Below the pieces are notes generated by a model. The model was not told the DNA's origin and searched no databases. It worked only from the letters and a program-made list of their open reading frames with translations. 32,000 bases of DNA. Source: Nitrososphaeria archaeon (lineage in GTDB: Archaea; Thermoproteota; Nitrososphaeria; Conexivisphaerales; Conexivisphaeraceae). Positions 8,343 to 15,523 of the stretch are shown piece after piece. The position numbers and the translations under genes were made by a program. How positions within the stretch are numbered: the first letter of the stretch is position 1; each line of letters begins with the position of its first letter. The DNA lies in assembly GCA_046536535.1 (NCBI GenBank), contig JAWDMO010000003.1:1-32000 (forward strand), read 5' to 3'.

Positions 8343-8909
8343 CTAGTTAGCCTTTCCGGATTCCAGCTCCCTCAGTTTGCGCCAGACGGTTGACTTGCTC
8401 ACGTCCAGCGCCTTGGCTATGGCGCGCACGCTCATGCCCCGCTCGCGCAGCTTGAGGAGCTCCGCCTCGTCCACCGATCTGGGAGGGCGGCCGGTCTTCT
8501 TGGAGGACTGCTGTCTCTGATTCCGCTGCGAGGCGGCGAGCTCCACGGCCATCGACAGCAACTCCATCATGAGCTTCCCCAGCGCCGTGCGCCCATCTAT
8601 CCTGAGACCCCTACTCACGAGGACAACCGATATCCCGGACGCGTAGAGCTTCCTCACCACCTCATAGGATGACTGGAGGTCCGGGCCGAACGAGGAGAGG
8701 TCACGCGCCAATATCGTCTTGGCGCCGTTCCAGCTGCACAGCTCAAGGACGCGACTGGGTGGATCCCGATCCCCGGACGCGCTGACGGCGCCGACCAGCA
8801 TGTAACCATGATCCTCAGCCCACGCCCTGATGTCGGGTTCCTGATCGTCGCCATCCCCTAGATAGCCCACGGCGAGCGCGGCCCTGACCTCCTCGACGGT
8901 GCGGGACAT
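8343..8909 (-). CDS. serine-recombinase (resolvase/invertase)-like protein with substituted catalytic residues and a C-terminal HTH
   Basis: Collinear by eye with gamma-delta resolvase / Hin: GY-LGDGDDQ vs GYARVSTxxQ, SASGDRD...LELC, ARDLSSFGP vs LDRLGR, and GRPPRSVDEAELLKLRERGMSVRAIAKALDVSKSTVWRKL for the HTH. The nucleophile Ser and flanking Arg positions are Gly/Ser/Pro here. Confidence 0.7.
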   Translation of the reverse strand: MSRTVEEVRAALAVGYLGDGDDQEPDIRAWAEDHGYMLVGAVSASGDRDPPSRVLELCSWNGAKTILARDLSSFGPDLQSSYEVVRKLYASGISVVLVSRGLRIDGRTALGKLMMELLSMAVELAASQRNQRQQSSKKTGRPPRSVDEAELLKLRERGMSVRAIAKALDVSKSTVWRKLRELESGKAN

Positions 8910-9082
8910 GATGCCGCATATTATACGGTTGCCGACCCTAATGGTTGAGATCTAGATTGATAGACAAATCGCTGACTTTCGGCCGCACTTTCGAGTGCAG
9001 CATGATGCGCCCTCGGACTAGGCGTCCCGCTGACGGGACAGCTGTGTTTCAGATGTCGGCGCCGACGGCGGCGGTCCCTCAG

Positions 9083-9178
9083 TAGGTAAGTTTTGAATTA
9101 TCATTGTTGTTATTAATTATTAGTAATATTGCTCGGGATAATTGCCGGGATTTTTAAGTTAAATCGAAATATCATATC
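9083..9178. other. sharp AT-rich island in GC-rich DNA
   Basis: AAGTTTTGAATTATCATTGTTGTTATTAATTATTAGTAATATT...TTTTTAAGTTAAATCGAAATATCATAT. It lies between the recombinase-like gene and the tnpB relic and contains no ORF. Confidence 0.6.
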
Positions 9179-9213
9179 CAGATGACCGCATCATCCAACC
9201 CTTTCTGGATGGA

Positions 9214-9576
9214 GTGAGGTCCGTGTTTAAGGAGGGTCGACGGAGCCGTGGAATTATCCCTAGGACACGTGCTCCTGATACGGGTGGGTCGACTAAGATA
9301 GGAGGCGCGGCCTTCAGGTGCGGGCTCGCAATTGACATGCGACTGAACGCGGCCGTCAACCTCCACCTGGGGATGAAGGGGGTTTCCCCGCCCGTGGCGG
9401 AGAAATGGATGCATATACCGCACACGTACGGTGGATTGATACCCCCGAATGGAGGCGGAGGAACTCCGATGAACCCGCGAGGGGTCTATACGATATGATG
9501 CCGTGAAGCCCCGGCTCCACTGTTCATTCGATGTGTACGATCACGTATATCCGCGCATGCCTACGTAGGGTGAAAC
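9214..9576 (+). mobile_element. tnpB pseudogene fragment plus right-end omega-RNA-like scaffold (copy B, most complete)
   Basis: The translation ends ...GGAAFRCGLAIDMRLNAAVNLHLGMKG, a degenerate TnpB C-terminal Zn-finger / D.D.NAA.N motif. 9346-9576 repeats 6671-6892. The last ~105 nt also repeat at 21422-21524. Similarity ends at GTAGGGTGAAAC (9576). Confidence 0.65.
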
Positions 9577-10496
9577 TCCAGGAGGAACAGGTGGGACTCC
9601 GGGGATCCTAGGGGCTCCGACATGTCGGCGCGGAAGTAGCCGGCAGCCCTGTTCAGATATGGCGGCCCCCTGCGGCTGAAGACGGTGATGACCCTGCCTC
9701 CGTGGTCGATCCGGTAGCCGTCGCACGGCTCATGCGATCTGACGATCGCTGAGAGCCCATTTTCCGACAGGAACCTGGCCGTCACGTCGGGGCCGTAGAG
9801 GTGTCCGGCCCCCCTTGGGGAGGGGGCCGAGCCCGGGAGCGGTGTGGGATCCCCCCAGAGCATGTCCTCTAGATCCTCCCTGCCGGGGCGCTCGATTTCG
9901 TCCAGGCGACGGGGTTCGGATGGGGGACCGCCGTGGACCATGAATACTCCGTTTCCGGACACCGCGGCGTGTGGGAGCCTCTGGAAGAGGTCCATCGAAA
10001 GCCCGTGGAGCGCGGCGCTCCTATCGCCGAACCTCGATGCCAGGACGTCCGGGTAATCGTGGGGCACCGGCATCAGCCAGGGAGGCGGCTCGTGATTTCC
10101 CCTGAGGACGACCACCGATTGGGGGTATTCGAGCTTCAGCGATAGCACCACCGCGAGAGCCTCGACCTGGTCCGGCCCTCTATCTACGTAGTCCCCCAAG
10201 AACACCAGGGCGCCGCGCTCCAGCGCCGCGGGCGCGGGGCCGGCGAGTATCGAGCCGATGGCGTCGTAGTCCCCATGGATGTCCCCTATGACCACGAGCT
10301 GGCCGGATGAGCTCGTTATGCGGACGACGCCGCCGCGCCTCTGGAGCTGACCGCATGAACCATCCTCCTGTCCCAGGAGCTCGATGGCCCTCTCGAGTAT
10401 TCCCTCGAACTCGTCGGCGCCGAGCCCGCGAACGGATTTGTAGATCTCAAGGGGGTCCCTGATATCCATACCCGTGGTCGGCGACGCGGTGGCCAT
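9561..10496 (-). CDS. PPP-family Ser/Thr protein phosphatase (metallophosphoesterase)
   Basis: GDIHGD, GDYVDRG, GNHE, VHGG and RSHE motifs in canonical order. The last codons and stop (HPT*) lie inside repeat copy B. Confidence 0.85.
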   Translation of the reverse strand: MATASPTTGMDIRDPLEIYKSVRGLGADEFEGILERAIELLGQEDGSCGQLQRRGGVVRITSSSGQLVVIGDIHGDYDAIGSILAGPAPAALERGALVFLGDYVDRGPDQVEALAVVLSLKLEYPQSVVVLRGNHEPPPWLMPVPHDYPDVLASRFGDRSAALHGLSMDLFQRLPHAAVSGNGVFMVHGGPPSEPRRLDEIERPGREDLEDMLWGDPTPLPGSAPSPRGAGHLYGPDVTARFLSENGLSAIVRSHEPCDGYRIDHGGRVITVFSRRGPPYLNRAAGYFRADMSEPLGSPESHLFLLEFHPT

Positions 10497-10808
10497 TTAA
10501 CGTTGCGTCTGTAGTTCGATCGGAATCGGGCGGTTTGTATGATGTCGATCGCGATCATCCCGGGATGAGCACCAGCCGTGGCCTGAACGGCAATCCCATC
10601 ACCTCGGGCTTCCCTGAAACGCGTTCCCGGCCACCTACATCCACTTCCTTTCACGAAGCCAATGGGGAGCGTCCCGGTGAGGGTATTTGCCGCACGGATG
10701 GTATATAGTACGGGCATCCCACGCCGGTTGTGCCTTCAGACTGGAATTGTCCGGAACGAAATTTGGACCTATTGTGAGGAGGTGGATTTGCGGCCGTTAT
10801 GACGCCGC

Positions 10809-12704
10809 CTACGCCACACCGGTGAATATTGGCCGCAGGGATATCTCCCTGGGCACGTAGAGCGGCCTTGTCGGCATTCCGCCCTGCGCGCGCTCCAGCT
10901 CGGCCACCAGATCCTCGAGGCCCATGCGGAGCGTGGGCTCCTTCCCTATCGCGCGGCCCTGCCGCGGTGTGACTGAGTAGTGGCCGCCCGCGATCTCCTC
11001 ATCCCCGATGACCACCAGGTACGGTATCCAGCTGGACTTGGCGTCGCGGATGCGCTTCGAGAGCGTTAGGTCCCTGTCGTCCAACCCTACCCTGAAGCCC
11101 CTGCGCTCGAGTTCCCCGGCCAAGTGGACCGCATGGTCCATGTGATCGGCCACCCTTACGGGTATTATCCTCACCTGTTCGGGCGACAGCCAGAACGGAA
11201 GCATCGGGTTCAATCCCGCTCTCTCATCCCAGGCTGCCCTCTCGAGCAGCGACGCCAGCGTCCTCTCTATGCTCCCGAAGCTCGACGCGTGGAGTATTAT
11301 GGGCACCGGCCTCTCCCTCCCGTCATCGGCAACGTACTTTATGTGGAAGCGCTCGCCGTTCTTCACGTCCCACTGCACTGTGGATATCTGGACGTTGTTG
11401 CCGTCCGGGAATATCGCCTGGTACTCGCTCTTGAAGGCATAGTAGTGCGACATTTCCTTCATCAACTTGATGAACGCGGGCACTTTCATCTCAGCGACGA
11501 GCGATTTTATATATTCTCTGTATTTCTCGTAGTAATCCTCAACGAATTCGAACCCCAGCACCCAGTGGTCCCCCGATATGACGTCGTCCATGAGCTGTTT
11601 GAACAGGAGGCTCAGCCTCCTGTACTCGGCCTTCGCCTGTTCCTCATCGGATATGAACGCGTGGTGGTCGGTCATGAGGAACGACCTGACCCTCATCAGG
11701 CCCGTGAGCTCGCCCTTCTGTTCCTTCCTGAAACAGTTCGCCTCCTCGTAGACCTTGAGCGGCATCTGCCTGTAGGTGAACGTAAGCCTCTGGACGAACG
11801 GGAACGCCCCGGGATCGCTTGCGAACCTCAGGACGAGCCCTCCATCCATCGAGTAGTCGCGCTCGTGGAATTCGCCCTGCAGCATCCTTATGGATTCCAC
11901 ATCGGTCCTGTAGACTAGCGGATTCTGCATCTTCATGGCGCCCCACTCCCGCGCCACCCGGAAGTACGCGTAGTCGAGTATCAGGTCCCTGATGAGCGCG
12001 CCGTTCGGATACCATTTCATGTGCCCGACGTCACTCTCGGGGGAATAATCCACGAGTTCTAGCTTCCTCATGTAGTACACGTGCCTAGGGGCTGCGCCCT
12101 CCCCCGGCCTGCCCTCAAGCTCGTTTCTTATGAACTCGGCCAGCATCCTGTGCTTCACGTCATCCCTCGCGAGCGGGGGAGCACTCCTCCAGTTTTCCCT
12201 CGTGACCTCATGCTCCGAGCCATCATCATCTATTACAATGAACCTGTGGAACTTCTCCTTCGGAGCCTCGGCGCCGCGCGGGCGCCCTCCTCTCCCCGGC
12301 TCCACGACCTTCAGCTGCTCGGCTAGAGGATGCCCCTTGATCCTGACCTGGAAGCTCTTAGTCCAGCCGAACGGTGCCTTATGCACGTCGAGCCCCCGGG
12401 ATGACAGGCCGGCGGCTAGCGATCCCAGAATCTCTATAGCGACCTGTGGCCGCGCGAGTTCGCTACTGAGGTGAGCGTATGGGTAAACGACCGCACGATC
12501 GCACCCGACTTGGCGGGCGACATCCGCCACCTCGGATGCCATCCCCTCCGCCTCAATCGGGCCATCCCCCGCCTCGACGCTCACCAGAGCGACTATAGCG
12601 TCCCTGAATTCGCGGGGGCCCTCGGGCGCCTCGTCCGCCACGTCCCCCTCCCTGCCGACCGGCCAGTATGAGAACTCGTCGACGTGCCATATCAGTGCCC
12701 TCAT
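10809..12704 (-). CDS. thrS: threonyl-tRNA synthetase, archaeal type with N-terminal editing domain
   Basis: 631 aa. The N-terminus MRALIWHVDEF... resembles the archaeal ThrRS editing domain. A class II core (FRKEQKGELTGLMRVRSF) and a C-terminal anticodon-binding domain follow. Confidence 0.9.
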   Translation of the reverse strand: MRALIWHVDEFSYWPVGREGDVADEAPEGPREFRDAIVALVSVEAGDGPIEAEGMASEVADVARQVGCDRAVVYPYAHLSSELARPQVAIEILGSLAAGLSSRGLDVHKAPFGWTKSFQVRIKGHPLAEQLKVVEPGRGGRPRGAEAPKEKFHRFIVIDDDGSEHEVTRENWRSAPPLARDDVKHRMLAEFIRNELEGRPGEGAAPRHVYYMRKLELVDYSPESDVGHMKWYPNGALIRDLILDYAYFRVAREWGAMKMQNPLVYRTDVESIRMLQGEFHERDYSMDGGLVLRFASDPGAFPFVQRLTFTYRQMPLKVYEEANCFRKEQKGELTGLMRVRSFLMTDHHAFISDEEQAKAEYRRLSLLFKQLMDDVISGDHWVLGFEFVEDYYEKYREYIKSLVAEMKVPAFIKLMKEMSHYYAFKSEYQAIFPDGNNVQISTVQWDVKNGERFHIKYVADDGRERPVPIILHASSFGSIERTLASLLERAAWDERAGLNPMLPFWLSPEQVRIIPVRVADHMDHAVHLAGELERRGFRVGLDDRDLTLSKRIRDAKSSWIPYLVVIGDEEIAGGHYSVTPRQGRAIGKEPTLRMGLEDLVAELERAQGGMPTRPLYVPREISLRPIFTGVA

Positions 12705-12756
12705 TAGCTCGCTCAGGGCTCGCCGGGGCTTCTAATTTGCTTTTCATCCCCCACCA

Positions 12757-13500
12757 TTAACCGCGGTCCGGCGAACGTGTCTCCAGGCCTATGCGGGGAC
12801 ATATGTCGGACATGGGGCATTCGTCACACCTCGGGCCGCGGGCGCGACAATGAACCCTCCCGAGCTGTATCAGGAGCCTGTGCACCGCCCGGTAATCTCC
12901 GGGCTCGAATATCGACTGTAGCCTTGACCTGATCTCCTCGTAGCCGGCGCCCGCGCGCACCAGACCTAGGCGGCGGGAAACGCGCGATATGTGGGTGTCG
13001 ACGGGGAACGTGGGCATCGACGCGCAGAAGAGGAGGACGACATCCGCCGTCTTGGGTCCCACGCCGGGCAGTTCCATGAGCGCGGTCCTGGCATTCTCCA
13101 TATCCATCGCGAGCACGCGCGAGAGATCCCCACCGTACCGCTCCACGACAATCCGTGCCATCTCCCTGAGCTTCCTGGCCCTCTCCCTGTAAATGCCGGC
13201 CGGCCTTATGGCATCCTCCAGCGCGCCGAGCGGCGCCCGGGAGATCTTCCAAGGGGTGACCCCTATTGATTCAGCCAAGGAGGAGAATGCAGCGTATCCG
13301 TTCCGATCGTTCGTGTTCTGAGATAGGATGGTGGCCACAAGGGCGCCGAATGGATCGTCGCAGCCCGGCGCTGCATGATCGATTAGGAAATATCCGCCGT
13401 CCAGCGCGCGATCCCGCCGGAGCCTCCGCAGCACCTCGGATCCTAACGCGCGCCCAGCCTCCTCTTCGCCTCCACGATTATCCTGGCCGTCATCCCCCAA
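12757..13500 (-). CDS. nth: endonuclease III (HhH-GPD DNA glycosylase)
   Basis: HhH motif [18 protein letters not shown], catalytic D in FPVDTH, and 4Fe-4S cluster C-x6-C-x2-C-x5-C ([17 protein letters not shown]). An alternative GTG start at 13434 would remove the 58-nt overlap with the Nudix gene. Confidence 0.9.
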   Translation of the reverse strand: MGDDGQDNRGGEEEAGRALGSEVLRRLRRDRALDGGYFLIDHAAPGCDDPFGALVATILSQNTNDRNGYAAFSSLAESIGVTPWKISRAPLGALEDAIRPAGIYRERARKLREMARIVVERYGGDLSRVLAMDMENARTALMELPGVGPKTADVVLLFCASMPTFPVDTHISRVSRRLGLVRAGAGYEEIRSRLQSIFEPGDYRAVHRLLIQLGRVHCRARGPRCDECPMSDICPRIGLETRSPDRG

Positions 13501-14009
13501 ATCACTGCCCCCTCCCTGAGCCTGAACTCGGGCCGCCCTCTCTCGTCGGCGCGCTCCCTGAGGTCATCCAGCGGCGCCCATATATAATCCACGAGCTCGC
13601 GCGACAGCCTTACCTCGACCGGCACGATCAACCTGAAGACGAACGGTTTCACGAGCATCTGCGGCGCGTTGGTCGGCGAGAAGAAGTCCATGTCGAACAT
13701 GAACTCCGCGGACGACGACAGATCTATCCCGGTCTCCTCGAGGGTCTCCCTGACGGCTGTCGCATGGAGATCCGGGTCCGAAGCCTCCATCCTGCCGCCC
13801 GGGAGCGCCCAATCCCCGGACCACGGGTCGAGCGCGTTATCGACCCGCTTCACTATGAGCGCGCGGTAGCGGCCGGGGGCGCCCTCGAGCACCATCGACA
13901 CAGCCGCATACGCACCGTTCGACCGCGTGGCTTCCGACTTCCCCCTCGGATGTTCACGCCGCGATTCGACATCCCCGCCGTCCTGACCGGGGATTCCCTG
14001 AGATCTCAA
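13443..14009 (-). CDS. Nudix hydrolase
   Basis: Nudix box [25 protein letters not shown]. Overlaps the upstream gene by 4 nt. Confidence 0.8.
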   Translation of the reverse strand: MRSQGIPGQDGGDVESRREHPRGKSEATRSNGAYAAVSMVLEGAPGRYRALIVKRVDNALDPWSGDWALPGGRMEASDPDLHATAVRETLEETGIDLSSSAEFMFDMDFFSPTNAPQMLVKPFVFRLIVPVEVRLSRELVDYIWAPLDDLRERADERGRPEFRLREGAVIWGMTARIIVEAKRRLGAR

Positions 14010-14545
14010 GCGTTACACCCCTTTATAGCTTCGTTCAAGATTACTGCGATATTCATGGACGGGGTAAGCGTCACCGAGGCGCCCCGGTTGAAGCGGGGGT
14101 CGGTGAGGTACGCCTCTGCCCCATCGACGGCCCGTGCGGGCAACACGGATGCATCCCTCAGTATCCTAAGGGGATCGGGGTGGGAACCACCCTTGGAGCC
14201 CGTGGAGCTCCGCCCTCTACCCACTGTCAGCGGGCAAGGCGGGGCAATGAAGCGGGAAGCCCCGTCCGTAAGGACGGGGTAGTTCACGGCCACGATGTAC
14301 GGGTGCGGCCTCCCCATAGCGCCGAGCAGCGCGCCGCTGAGGTCAGAGCGCATTTTGCGCACAGCTGGACGGTTAACAATCACCCTCGGATTTCCCTTAA
14401 CCTTAACATCGTGAACGACATAGTAACTCGGTGTGTTATATCCCACCACCTCGTGCGCATTGATCCCGTATCCCTGTGCCTTCAGCGATATCACCCCCAT
14501 TACTCTGATGCGTGACCATGGGTTGGCCGTATATTTATTCCCCAT
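14006..14545 (-). CDS. hypothetical protein
   Basis: 179-aa ORF translationally coupled to the Nudix gene. No family recognised. Not pyruvoyl arginine decarboxylase by motif. Confidence 0.5.
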   Translation of the reverse strand: MGNKYTANPWSRIRVMGVISLKAQGYGINAHEVVGYNTPSYYVVHDVKVKGNPRVIVNRPAVRKMRSDLSGALLGAMGRPHPYIVAVNYPVLTDGASRFIAPPCPLTVGRGRSSTGSKGGSHPDPLRILRDASVLPARAVDGAEAYLTDPRFNRGASVTLTPSMNIAVILNEAIKGCNA

Positions 14546-14646
14546 GGCCGATCATTTCTCTTAGAGATGGAGAATGCGCGCGGTCAGCTTCCCGGAAATC
14601 CGGAGCGCCGCCCACAATGGAGATGTGTCGGCGGGCCCGGACAGCT

Positions 14647-15522
14647 TCAGGAAGTTGAAGGTCCGCCCCGCGTGGAGGATGGAGCCTCGTCGGCAATCGA
14701 CGCGAGCATCAGGAGGGCCTTTGCCGCCAGCGCGGAGGTGGCGCCCGATTGATCGTAGGGGGGGCTCAGCTCGACGACGTCGAACCCCGCGAGCGCCGCC
14801 CCGTCCAGCGACGCCAGCAGACGGAGGAGATCGATGGATCCCACACCTCCCGGCTCCGGATTTCCCACGCCGGGGGCAAATGCGGGGTCTAGTGCATCCA
14901 TATCCAAGCTTACGTAGATTCTAGTCCCGGAGCGGCCGAGCCCTGACAGGACTTTCCGGGCATCCTCCAGATCATATACGGTGTAGATCGACACCCCGCG
15001 GGACCGCGCGAAGTCCAGCTCCTCGCTCGAGAACGCGCGGCCGCCCACGTGCACTATATCCATGTCACATGACTCCATGAGCCTCCTGAGGAAGGTCGCA
15101 TGCGATGTCCTGAGGCCGTAGATTTCGTCGCGCATGTCCAGGTGCGCGTCGAACACGACCAGGGTGGCGCCGCAGAACGGCCTGTAGGAGGCCAGCGTGA
15201 TCGTGTGCTCCCCTCCCACGACGGCCGGCACCTTCCCGGACTCCGACAGCTCCGACACTGCGGCCTCCACATATCTGAGCATGCTCGCGGTATCCGACGT
15301 GTATTCCAAGTCGCCGGCATCCCCTATTGAGAGGCCCTCCAGGGATCTCCCGAGCTCAAGGCTGTAGAACTCCATGTTGGGCAGGGCCGTCCTGACGGCC
15401 GATGGCCCCAGGCGGGCGCCCGGCCTGTAGCTCTGCGTGGCGTCAAACGGCACCCCGATCATGACGACCCTGTAATTCCCCGGCGCCGGGGACCACTCGG
15501 TCGGAGATCTCACGCGGAACAA
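14647..15522 (-). CDS. speB: agmatinase (arginase/ureohydrolase family)
   Basis: GVPFDATQSYRPGARLGP, GGEHTIT, DAHLDMRD, SLDMDALDP and VELSP metal-binding motifs. TTG start 1 nt after the polB stop. Confidence 0.9.
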   Translation of the reverse strand: MFRVRSPTEWSPAPGNYRVVMIGVPFDATQSYRPGARLGPSAVRTALPNMEFYSLELGRSLEGLSIGDAGDLEYTSDTASMLRYVEAAVSELSESGKVPAVVGGEHTITLASYRPFCGATLVVFDAHLDMRDEIYGLRTSHATFLRRLMESCDMDIVHVGGRAFSSEELDFARSRGVSIYTVYDLEDARKVLSGLGRSGTRIYVSLDMDALDPAFAPGVGNPEPGGVGSIDLLRLLASLDGAALAGFDVVELSPPYDQSGATSALAAKALLMLASIADEAPSSTRGGPSTS

Positions 15523-15523
15523 T

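Noticed and set aside
10535-10590. Possible C/D-box sRNA on the + strand in the 312-nt phosphatase-thrS gap, laid out as AUGAUGU - 12 nt - UCCC - 3 nt - AUGAGCA - 11 nt - CUGA
   Set aside because: The spacing is right, but the D' box is not CUGA-like, the C' box is degenerate, and no terminal stem flanks the C and D boxes. It is too weak to call without expression or conservation data.
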